A stretch of DNA of 63,305 bases, counting the filler. It is 6 parts of 6 records of this genome, joined end to end, with 100 filler letters (N's around TTAATTAATTAA, not from the genome) between each part and the next. Parts side by side here need not be neighbours in the genome. Positions count along the whole stretch, not along the records: positions 1 to 7,741 come from SRR31147125_4467; positions 7,842 to 23,171 come from SRR31147125_4469; 4 more parts are not named here. One strand, 5' to 3'. Below, piece after piece: positions 1 to 9,118 of this stretch. Within the stretch, counting starts at the first letter, position 1. The number at the start of each line of letters is the position of its first letter. A program made the position numbers and the translations under genes. The notes under the pieces were generated by a model that ran no database searches, had not been told where the DNA came from, and worked only from the letters and a program-made list of their open reading frames with translations.

Positions 1-174
1 CCTCTGCAGATCAACAGCACTGTTGATATCCTCTGATTCCATTAATTATCGAGTGAGCTGTTTAAGCTTACTGTTTTTAGCCATAATAAAAGTCCTCCAT
101 AAGATAATAATTATACAAAATTAATTACTCTCTTAGAAGAACGTTTGCTTTTACACAGAATTTGTTACACTACC
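1..174 (-). mobile_element. IS256-family element left end with degenerate transposase N-terminus
   Basis: 149-174 reads GGTAGTGTAACAAATTCTGTGTAAAA on the - strand, resembling IS256 terminal inverted repeats. Inside it, a GGAGG RBS and ATG at 84 give MAKNSKLKQLTR*LMESEDINSAVDLQR, like IS256 transposase N-termini but with an in-frame TAA. Confidence 0.7.
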
Positions 175-763
175 TCCTCCTACAGCTGTAGAGATACCTT
201 TAATGATGTCTGAATTTATTAAATGGCTCAATATGGAGTCTGATATTCACCCTATACTTATTAGCGGAATAGCTCAATTCCAACTGGTTCATATACACCC
301 ATTTCTTGATGGTAATGGTCGTACATCCCGACTTTTATCAACTCTGTATCTCTACAAGTCAGGCTATGACTTTAAGAGGCTCTTCACAATAAGTGAATTT
401 TACGATAGAGACAGAGCTAATTTCTACCAAGCTATTCAAGGTGTACGTGATAACGATATGGATTTGACTGGTTGGCTAGAATACTTTGTTACTGGCTTAC
501 AAACCCAAATGATAGAGGTACGCGACAGAGGTGAACAGGTAATCAAGCGAGATCTGATCGTACAGCGTGAATCATTAAACGAACGACAGGGAAAAGCTCT
601 TGAATACATGATGTCTAATGGAGGAATCACTATTAATGAATATTCAAAATTGCTTCCTAATGTTACTCGACGTACTTTACAAAGAGATCTAAAAAATCTT
701 ATGAAAAGAGAGATTCTGGTTATTTCTGGGGCAACTAATAATTTGAGCTACGCACTGAAATAA
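175..763 (+). pseudogene. Fic family protein with C-terminal HTH, 5'-truncated by IS insertion
   Basis: Canonical [12 protein letters not shown] Fic motif and C-terminal wHTH (RRTLQRDL). The frame extends upstream of ATG 203 as PPTAVEIPL up to the IS end; the N-terminal part of the protein is missing. Confidence 0.8.
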
Positions 764-1000
764 CCTTATTAGGAAGAATCAATTAGATGCAGTATCAATA
801 TATAAAAATTACTGTATCGTTGGATTCTTAAGAAACCCCAAATGGCATTGTATAGTATAAGGTTTTCTTAATATGAACTCTGAAATAAGTTGTAATGCTG
901 AATTCATGCAAACTTATGCTCATTCATGGACTGGAATATATAATATCATATAGAACCTGACCAATAATTGAAATACAGATTTAAGCTTTAGATTATAAAA

Positions 1001-2623
1001 TTAATGCTCATTAATAAATTTGAACGTAAAATTAATTTGGTCGGTTTGATCTTCTGATAATAAAAATGTACTTTGAATATATTTTAGAGATTCGACTGCT
1101 TCCTCTGTTAACTCTTCATTCCGCATTTTACAGATATTAATAAGGGTTGGAACTATAATCTTAAGATCTTCCTTGGTATCAGGAGACATCTCAAGTATTT
1201 CTTGGGTTCCGGAAATACCTTCTTTACATATAGAAATTTTATTTGATTTTAATTTATCGTAGTATGAAAGAAATTCGTCTTTATATGGTGACGAATTTGA
1301 AGTACAAAATGCCTCAGCATCAAAAGATACTGGCATAATTTGATTAAATTTAACTCTGGTCTTGGACTCTGCATAGAAGCCAAATATAATCAGACCTAAG
1401 GTTAGGGGTAAAGCACATATTATTAATATACGACGTCGCTTTATAAACACAATATCAGGTTCCTCCTTTGAAACAAGAACCGTTTTTTTGCTATTTGTTG
1501 AAGTGACTTTAGAATCATTATTGAATGTTGTAGATAATAAGTCTGTTGAGAATAGCTTGGCATTAGCATATCTATCGTTAGGGTTCGTAGATATTGCCTT
1601 GAGGCAGATTTTCTGGATATCTGCATATGAATTCAGAGTTGGGTTAAGAGTAGCTGGTGGAATTATGTCGCCAGCTAGAATCTTTTGCTCTTTTTCTTCG
1701 TCGTCTATTGCGTTTGAGTATGGAGTTTTACCTGTAAGAAGCCAGAAGAGGACGATACCAAGTGAGTACTGATCGCTTCTAACGTCTGCGGGCTTACCTC
1801 TAAGGCGTTCTGGGGAGAAGTAGTCTATATTGCCATATAGTTTAGAATACTTTATATAATCTCTCTGGGCTATAAAATAACCGGTAAGAGCAAGACCGAA
1901 GTCTCCGAGTTTGAAAGTTATTTTACCATTTATATCCTTTTTAATAAAGATATTATTAGGCTTTATATCACCGTGGATAATCGGGTCTACTTTACAGACA
2001 TGGACTGCGTGTAAACCATCTGCAATATCAGCAATGATCTTGATTGCTATGCCTGGAGTTATTTTATTATTTATTGCATAATCACTCAAAGTTGTATCCA
2101 TCTTTTCCATAACTATAAATGGATAGGCACAGGTAATTTTATGGTTTGAATGATCAAAGATTAACTCTACATTGAAATGCTCTCTAGCTTGTACAATATT
2201 GTCAGAAATATTGGATACTTCGGACTGGAGTTGTGCTTCTTTTTCAAAGCTTTCTCTAATGCCTTCGATATTACTTGGGTGTATAAGTGGGAATTTTAGA
2301 GCTACTTCACATTTCATTTTTAAATCTTTTGCCAGCCAAACCATTGCAAAATGACCGCTACCAAGGTAGCTGATTACTTCAAACCTATTATTAATTACTC
2401 TTGGAAGAATGAAATTTTCATAGGAGACTTCAGGAAGTACAGGATTGATAAGATTTGAAATGATTTCTCCAGCAGTGTTGGTTTTATGGAGTTCTGCTAT
2501 ACGCTTTTTGAGTTCTTCTCTCAACTCAGGGTGATCGTGTGTAAGCTCACATATTGAGAGTTCGTTTCCACTACAAAAGTTTTTGTCCCATCTTTCAAAT
2601 AATTCATCTATTGTTTCTGGCAT
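1001..2623 (-). CDS. Membrane-anchored Hanks-type Ser/Thr protein kinase (planctomycete-type)
   Basis: LGSGHFAMV, VALK, HGDIKPNN, DFGLA, YFSPE and SDQYSLG motifs; N-terminal HPELREEL segment; TM helix ILIICALPLTLGLIIFGFYA. Confidence 0.93.
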   Translation of the reverse strand: MPETIDELFERWDKNFCSGNELSICELTHDHPELREELKKRIAELHKTNTAGEIISNLINPVLPEVSYENFILPRVINNRFEVISYLGSGHFAMVWLAKDLKMKCEVALKFPLIHPSNIEGIRESFEKEAQLQSEVSNISDNIVQAREHFNVELIFDHSNHKITCAYPFIVMEKMDTTLSDYAINNKITPGIAIKIIADIADGLHAVHVCKVDPIIHGDIKPNNIFIKKDINGKITFKLGDFGLALTGYFIAQRDYIKYSKLYGNIDYFSPERLRGKPADVRSDQYSLGIVLFWLLTGKTPYSNAIDDEEKEQKILAGDIIPPATLNPTLNSYADIQKICLKAISTNPNDRYANAKLFSTDLLSTTFNNDSKVTSTNSKKTVLVSKEEPDIVFIKRRRILIICALPLTLGLIIFGFYAESKTRVKFNQIMPVSFDAEAFCTSNSSPYKDEFLSYYDKLKSNKISICKEGISGTQEILEMSPDTKEDLKIIVPTLINICKMRNEELTEEAVESLKYIQSTFLLSEDQTDQINFTFKFINEH

Positions 2624-2686
2624 TATTATGTATCCGTGATTCTTTCTTTGGGTATACCTTCTAAATTATACTTGCGTACTAGTTTA

Positions 2687-3394
2687 TTACAACATGTCTT
2701 CCAGAGAAAAGCCATTCTTTGTCAGGTGCATTGTCAGTTTGTTAATTATTGCAGTGAATTTCTCACAGGTTCTGTTTGGACTCAGGCCGACAATCTTTCC
2801 GATTTCATCATAGGTCATTTTTTCGGAGTCGTTTCTGAGGTCAAAAATTAATTTTTCTGCAGGTGATAGACTTTCCACTTTCTTTTTCATGATATTCACT
2901 GCTTCGGAATTGATAATTTCTTTTTCAATGCCTGAAAAGCCTGCTTGTATATTTAAAGCGATATTTTCTGGAATTTCTTCGGTTGATTCTAAGATTTTTT
3001 GTGATTTTTTACACATGTCGAGGTGAGTCCATTTGGGATTATCTCTTAGTAACTTCTTTAGTAACAGGATAAACTCTAACTTTGATTCTATTGAATTTGT
3101 TTGTTTAAAGTTATTGAAGAGGCGTATATAGTCTTTGTTTGTAATGATTTTTTTAAATGTCATTATAGCTAGATCGCTGGAATCGCCAATTTTTCTGGCA
3201 TTATCTGTCTTGCTGAGCATTCGTATGCGAGCAATATATCGGCAGTGCTGGCGGATTATTTCTTCCATGTCTTCCTGACTGTGTTTGGCTGCTGGTAAGT
3301 CTGGCGTATGTTTTGAAAGAGTTGTTGAAAAATCTTCTATTGATTTGATTACATCTTTTATTTTTACCATTGCAATATGATATCTTGAAGTCAT
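2687..3394 (-). CDS. ECF-type RNA polymerase sigma factor, divergent
   Basis: Sigma2-like RKIGDSSDLAIMTF; sigma4 LSPAEKLIFDLR...MTYDEIGKIVGLS; lies directly upstream of the kinase. Confidence 0.8.
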   Translation of the reverse strand: MTSRYHIAMVKIKDVIKSIEDFSTTLSKHTPDLPAAKHSQEDMEEIIRQHCRYIARIRMLSKTDNARKIGDSSDLAIMTFKKIITNKDYIRLFNNFKQTNSIESKLEFILLLKKLLRDNPKWTHLDMCKKSQKILESTEEIPENIALNIQAGFSGIEKEIINSEAVNIMKKKVESLSPAEKLIFDLRNDSEKMTYDEIGKIVGLSPNRTCEKFTAIINKLTMHLTKNGFSLEDML

Positions 3395-3795
3395 ACCGAT
3401 TCGCTTTCTGTATTACTCATAGTATTGATAATCTGCTTAATACTGGATTTTGTAATTTTTGATAATGTTTTGCGCATCTAATAATATAACTATATTGTCT
3501 TTTGGCTTCAAGTATATTTTAAATCTTATTATGTATAACTTACTGGTAATGTTGTGATTAATTGAAAATTATGGGGATTATATTTATGAATTGTTGTATA
3601 CCTTTTCATCTTTTTTCGAAAAAAATAATCTTGTGTCGACAAAATACGAATTTGTAGCGCTTTTATAATGTAGGGATATATTTGAATGCTGTATGTCTGA
3701 GATGTGATCTGGCAGGGTTCGGTTTGCCTGACTCTGTTGATAATTGAGTTAGGGAAAGTTGAAAGACAGTGTGTGTTTATCGAAAAGGGATAATT

Positions 3796-6700
3796 ATGAA
3801 GTCAGGTTGGGTATTGTGGGTTGGGAGAATTCTTTGTTTTGGATTTGTTTGTCTGGCTGGAAAAAGCTGGGCGGTGGATTATATCCTAAATACTCCGGGT
3901 AGTACCGTTACCAATGGTAGCGGTACTACTTATGTTTCTGGTGATACTTTGAATAAGCCTGATATTTCTAACGGACTTGCTGACGGGGATACTATTACAT
4001 TGACTACTGCATCTGGTGGAACAGCTGGGCAGGACTCCATTCACACTACAGGTGTTGGTTCCAGTGATTATGGTATAAGAGGAGCGTCTGGACAGGGAAA
4101 CAACACTGTAACGCTTGAAAGTGGGAGTAGTATTGTTACTGATAACGTTTATACTTATGGAGTTATGTTATATGGTACTACGAGTGATGAAAACGTTACA
4201 GGAATAGTAGGTGGAACCCCTGATAATACGCTTGATATGAATGGAAGTATTAGGATTACGAGTAGTAGAGACTCTGGTGGAGTTTGTGCTGAACATAATA
4301 ATAGCATTAATCTGAATGGAAGCATTGAGACTACAGGTGAAAACTATGGAGTTTATGCTAAAGATAATAATAGCATTAATCTGAGTGGAAGTATTGAGAC
4401 TACGGGACAAAGCGCTAGTGGAGTTTTGGCTAAGAATAATAACACCATTAGTCTGAGTGGAAGTATTAAGACTGCGGGTGGAAACGCTGAAGGAGTTATG
4501 GTTCTTGATAATAATAGCATCAATGTTAATGGAAATATTGATACTGCTAGTAGTGGAGTTTTTGCCGAAGATAATAATAATATCCACGTGAATGGAAATA
4601 TTGAGACTGCGGGCAAAAATGCTTATGGAGTTAGGGTTTATGTTAATAATAGCGTCAATATGAGTGGAAATATTAAGACTGTGGATAAATATGGTTATGG
4701 GGTTTTGGCTTTTAATAACAACACCATCAATGTGAGTGGAAGTATTGAGACTGCGGGTCAACACGCTGATGGAGTTGGACTTGACTATTATTACAATAGC
4801 GTTAATGTAAGTGGAAGTATTAATACTTCAGGCGCTTCTGCTAATGGGATTAGTACAAGTTTTGCTGGCAACTCAAATGATATTGTTATTAGGTCTACTG
4901 GAAATATTAATGTTTCTGGTAACGAGTCTTCAGGAATATGTGTAAATGGAAACGGTGGAAAAGGTAGTGTAGTCTCAATAGCAGGGATGATTTCAGCTAC
5001 AGGTCAAGCGCAAGATGCATTAAGTGTAGAAAGTAATAGCACACATGCGCTCAACAGCTCAAATTCATTTTATCTTTTTTCTGGGGCAATAATAAATGGT
5101 GATATTACTGCAAAATATGACTCAGGTTTTGGAATCTCAAAACATTTATTAACTTCACAGCTGGTATTTGGGTATGGAGTTAATAGCGCAACTGGCAAAG
5201 CAGATAGGACTGGTATTGACAGCGCATTTAGTTTTACTTTTAACGATATTATTACTATTACTGGCTCTGCAGCGTGGGATGGGTTCTTTGCAGGTGGGAC
5301 AACTACCCTCAATGGTAGTACAAATCAACTGTGTAGAATTTTTGTTGGAGCCGATTCGTTTGATGGGACTACTGTCACTGATGGGCATGATGGTGCTGGG
5401 AATTATAAGACAGCGACCCTTGATAGCCTTTCTGGTGCTGTTGCAACCCTAACGATTAATAACTCAATCTCTACTATTAATGCAGAAGAGAGAGCTGTTG
5501 GAGTTCCGGCTGCTGACATGGCGAGTGTTGCAGTTGGATCTGGGAGTACGTATAATTTAAATGGGACGCATACGCATGAGTTTGGGAATGCTGATAGTTT
5601 TAATGTTCTGGGTACTTTGAATCTGGGTGCGGGTGGAAGCATTGTTGATTATGAAGGGAATGATGCGGTTGAGTTGGTGCTCGGTGGGAAGGCTAATAAT
5701 GGGGCAGGAGCGACGGTTGGAGGAACGCTGAACTCTGAAGCGAGTGCTCAGGAGATTTCGTTAAAGGTTTATACTGGGGCAGATAGTTCAATCAATATTG
5801 GTGCCGGGAAGTTGACGGTAAACAGTAGTCAGACTCAGACTCTGGATACTCTCTCTATTGCAAATGGTGCTATCGGTGAAGTTGCTGTCACTAGTAATGC
5901 ATTCTCTCTTTCTAACTTTTCTAACAACGGTTCAGTTGCTTTCAAGGTTGGGAAAGTTGCATCGCTGGTCAATGGGACTGGGTCGGCGGTTGATTTGAGT
6001 GGGAGTAAGGGGACGCTTGCGCTTGATCTTGGGGATGAGGCGGATATTGCTGTGTATGCCAAGGCTTCGGGTGAATTCAAGAGTGCGGGAGATTCTACCG
6101 CTGGGAATAAGATTGAATCAATCTATGGAGTAAATGGTGTCGCTGGAACTACATATGCTGGTGTCTTTGATGCAGCGCTTACTGATATGAATGATGTAGC
6201 GTTTGCCGATGGCGCTATACTTAATTCTGAAGACAGGTACAGGAAATATACACTTGTAAATAATGTTGGTAATAACCCGTTTGACATCAGAGTTGAGAAT
6301 AACAATATGATGCGTGCTACCATTGAAGGGATGGGCGGTGATGCGACTGCGGCGAAAGCGGCAGATTTTCTGATTGAGAATGAAGGCTCGTTCAACCCTT
6401 CTGGGCAGGCGTTTGTGCAGAGGTTTGCAGCGCTCCAAGGGCATGATTTGCTTGTTGCTTCGCAGCAGCTTGCCGGAGAAGATGCGACTACAGGAGCATT
6501 GCAAGCAGGACTCCAGACTGTTGCAGATGCGGCTGATTCTGTACGCAACCAGATGACCTCGATGCGTATGGGTAACATCTCAGCAGGGATGGCTTCTTCA
6601 TTCTCTTCCTCCGGTGCTACTGCAGCGCTGGATGATATCTCTGGTGCGGATGAGTTAGCAGTTGCGTATGAGGCTGACTATACTGCTTCTGCTGAATCTG

Positions 6701-7545
6701 GAACATATAAACAAATAGAAGTCTGGGCGACTGGTTTCGGTGGCTTTGGCGAGCAGGGTTCTGCCGGTTCCATGACTGGTTGGGATTTCTGGAATGCCGG
6801 AGCGATGATTGGGCTCGATTATGCTATCGGGCAAGAACTCCGTATCGGCGGGCTGTTCGGGTACAGTTACAACAAGACAACCTCTTATGACAGCCTTGGT
6901 GAGTCGCTAGACAATGCTCTCCGTTTCGGGGCTTATGCTTCATACAACTATGATAACTTCTTTGTCGACCTCTCTGCGACTATGGGTGTACATATTCTTG
7001 AATCAAAGAGAAATCTTGTAGCCAATAACCTCATAGCTACGGGTAAGCGTACTGCTCTCGATTTCAATATCAATGGTACGATCGGGTATACCTTCAATCT
7101 TCCTGCTGAGTTTGTGCTTACTCCGAGCTTCAGCCTTGGTTATACATACTATCATGATCCTAATTACACTGAAACCGGAGGCGGAGCTGGGAATCTGTCT
7201 ATTGAGAGTTTTGATTCCAACTCACTCCTTCAGGACATAGGTCTGAAAGCTGGCAAGCTCTTCCGCTATAATGACCGTCTTGCCTTTCTCCCTGAGGTAT
7301 GGAGCGGATGGGAGGTTGAGTATTTCAACACCGGCGGCTACCGCAATTCTACCACTGCTGCTGCAATTGGTTCACAGTCGTACTCATCAACGATGAACGG
7401 CATGGCGATAAACCGTGGGTACTTCGGTCTCGGACTTACTGCGCTTATCGGTGATAATGTATCTGTCTTCGGGCGATATGATCATAAGTTATGGGACAAA
7501 GGATTCAACGCTTGGTTCAGTGCTGGGGTGAAGATTAGCTTCTAA
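3796..7545 (+). CDS. Autotransporter (type Va) with beta-helical repeat passenger
   Basis: ATG 3796 after AAGGGA; signal peptide ending SWA; G/S/N-rich passenger; C-terminal barrel (WATGFGG...GLDY...FSAGVKISF) with terminal Phe. Confidence 0.9.
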   Translation: MKSGWVLWVGRILCFGFVCLAGKSWAVDYILNTPGSTVTNGSGTTYVSGDTLNKPDISNGLADGDTITLTTASGGTAGQDSIHTTGVGSSDYGIRGASGQGNNTVTLESGSSIVTDNVYTYGVMLYGTTSDENVTGIVGGTPDNTLDMNGSIRITSSRDSGGVCAEHNNSINLNGSIETTGENYGVYAKDNNSINLSGSIETTGQSASGVLAKNNNTISLSGSIKTAGGNAEGVMVLDNNSINVNGNIDTASSGVFAEDNNNIHVNGNIETAGKNAYGVRVYVNNSVNMSGNIKTVDKYGYGVLAFNNNTINVSGSIETAGQHADGVGLDYYYNSVNVSGSINTSGASANGISTSFAGNSNDIVIRSTGNINVSGNESSGICVNGNGGKGSVVSIAGMISATGQAQDALSVESNSTHALNSSNSFYLFSGAIINGDITAKYDSGFGISKHLLTSQLVFGYGVNSATGKADRTGIDSAFSFTFNDIITITGSAAWDGFFAGGTTTLNGSTNQLCRIFVGADSFDGTTVTDGHDGAGNYKTATLDSLSGAVATLTINNSISTINAEERAVGVPAADMASVAVGSGSTYNLNGTHTHEFGNADSFNVLGTLNLGAGGSIVDYEGNDAVELVLGGKANNGAGATVGGTLNSEASAQEISLKVYTGADSSINIGAGKLTVNSSQTQTLDTLSIANGAIGEVAVTSNAFSLSNFSNNGSVAFKVGKVASLVNGTGSAVDLSGSKGTLALDLGDEADIAVYAKASGEFKSAGDSTAGNKIESIYGVNGVAGTTYAGVFDAALTDMNDVAFADGAILNSEDRYRKYTLVNNVGNNPFDIRVENNNMMRATIEGMGGDATAAKAADFLIENEGSFNPSGQAFVQRFAALQGHDLLVASQQLAGEDATTGALQAGLQTVADAADSVRNQMTSMRMGNISAGMASSFSSSGATAALDDISGADELAVAYEADYTASAESGTYKQIEVWATGFGGFGEQGSAGSMTGWDFWNAGAMIGLDYAIGQELRIGGLFGYSYNKTTSYDSLGESLDNALRFGAYASYNYDNFFVDLSATMGVHILESKRNLVANNLIATGKRTALDFNINGTIGYTFNLPAEFVLTPSFSLGYTYYHDPNYTETGGGAGNLSIESFDSNSLLQDIGLKAGKLFRYNDRLAFLPEVWSGWEVEYFNTGGYRNSTTAAAIGSQSYSSTMNGMAINRGYFGLGLTALIGDNVSVFGRYDHKLWDKGFNAWFSAGVKISF
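4225..4850 (+). repeat. About 9 tandem ~72-nt (20-25 aa) repeats in autotransporter passenger
   Basis: Recurring aataatagcattaat...tggaagtattgagact; protein unit NNSINLSGSIETxGxxAxGVxxxx. Confidence 0.9.
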
Positions 7546-7741
7546 AAAATGTATTGCAAAACACACTATTAATATTATAGATCAATTGGTCATATAATTT
7601 TTGTTTCAGTTTTGATGAAATTGACGCGAATAATGATAGAGAAATTTTAGCAAATGAAATGACCCGTGCTTTCAAAAACTTTGAAGCAACATCACTCAAT
7701 GAAGGTAGTTAATTTCAATTGCACTACATCAAGTTATCTTT

Positions 7742-7841
7742 NNNNNNNNNNNNNNNNNNNNNNNNNNNNNNNNNNNNNNNNNNNNTTAATTAATTAANNN
7801 NNNNNNNNNNNNNNNNNNNNNNNNNNNNNNNNNNNNNNNNN
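7742..7841. other. Artificial contig linker
   Basis: N44-TTAATTAATTAA-N44, 100 nt. Confidence 0.98.
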
Positions 7842-7954
7842 CCCTGCCGACAAGTCCTCAATGGCATTTACGAGACAAGCCGTCAGAGGAAATCGAACTG
7901 GTTCCCTATGGCTGCACAACCCTGAGAATTACAGAATTTCCGGTGGTGAAATAA
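7842..7954 (+). CDS. C-terminal fragment of GH127-like (beta-L-arabinofuranosidase family) protein
   Basis: Translates to ...[22 protein letters not shown], a typical C-terminus of this family. Confidence 0.65.
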
Positions 7955-8162
7955 GCCGATAAAAGTTTTGCTCATGACATTCACTGAATAACAAAGCAGG
8001 CGGCTCTGTTTGGTTTTATGATATCGAATCAATATAAACGAATTGAACAGACCTGTTTAGGAATACAACTGATTTGTAAAGTTTAACCTGGTTTTAAACC
8101 AGGTACCAGGTGTTTTTATACTCGTAAAATAAAATATCCTATGCAATCAGATTGATAAATAT

Positions 8163-8924
8163 ATGTCTCTATCGACAGCATATTTTCGATTTTATGAAGA
8201 ACTGAACGACTTTTTATCTTTCAACAGAAAGAAAAAGCAGTTCCCCTATCAGTTCGAAGGAAAACCATCTGTCAAAGATGCTATTGAAGCTATAGGTGTT
8301 CCTCATACAGAGGTGGAAATTATTCTAGCTAATGGCACATCTGTGGGATTTGACTATCATTTACAGGACAACGATTTTATCTCAGTTTATCCGGTTTTTG
8401 AAAGTCTTGATGTCAGCCCCATTCTCAAATTACGTTCTTTGCCATTAAGAAAAACAGCTTTTATACTGGATGTACATTTGGGTAAATTAAGCCGAATATT
8501 GCGCTTGCTTGGCTTTGACGTTCTTTATCGAAATGATTATAAAGACAGTGAGATCATTGATTTTTCTATACAAGAGAATCGAATCATCTTGACAAAGGAC
8601 CGTGGCATATTAAAAAATAATTCAGTTACACATGGTTACTGTGTCCGCTCATCAGACTCGACCGAGCAGGCACAGGAAGTACTCAGGCGTTTTGATCTGT
8701 ATTCACAGGTCAAACCATTTGCGAGATGTATCCGGTGTAATGGTCATATTGAGGGGATTAGCAAAGCAAAAGTACTCCCCAATCTTCCGCCAAATACCGC
8801 ACAATTTTATAAAAAGTTTTACATTTGTTCCAATTGCGGGCACATTTACTGGAGAGGCTCGCATTATGATAATATGCTAAAAAAGGTGGAATTTTTAACA
8901 AACAGAAAAAAGATTGATAGTTGA
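8163..8924 (+). CDS. Ubiquitin-like + Mut7-C RNase (PIN-like) protein
   Basis: FRFYEELNDFL...SVKDAIEAIGVPHTEV; FILDVHLGKL; RIILTKDRG; zinc ribbon CIRCN...CSNCGHIYWRGSH. Confidence 0.92.
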   Translation: MSLSTAYFRFYEELNDFLSFNRKKKQFPYQFEGKPSVKDAIEAIGVPHTEVEIILANGTSVGFDYHLQDNDFISVYPVFESLDVSPILKLRSLPLRKTAFILDVHLGKLSRILRLLGFDVLYRNDYKDSEIIDFSIQENRIILTKDRGILKNNSVTHGYCVRSSDSTEQAQEVLRRFDLYSQVKPFARCIRCNGHIEGISKAKVLPNLPPNTAQFYKKFYICSNCGHIYWRGSHYDNMLKKVEFLTNRKKIDS

Positions 8925-9118
8925 ATATAAAGCTGGTGATAAAAATATTAACCGCAAATCAATGAAACAGGTAAAATAAAATAGCGGTTTACAGTATTTT
9001 TAACCATGAACAGGCTGGACAAACAAGTTTAAATGTCTTTTAGCGCCAGCACGTTACGCACATCAGTGATTCTATTATCAATATTTATGCACTTAAATCG
9101 GACCTATAAACCGGTCAT

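Noticed and set aside
4225-4850. Diversity-generating retroelement TR/VR pair
   Set aside because: No reverse transcriptase; the repeats are in-frame tandem units and differences are not adenine-specific.
7786-7797. Recurrent TTAATTAATTAA as a biological repeat or CRISPR
   Set aside because: Always centred in N-runs of fixed length; it is a synthetic six-frame stop linker. No CRISPR array or cas gene was seen.
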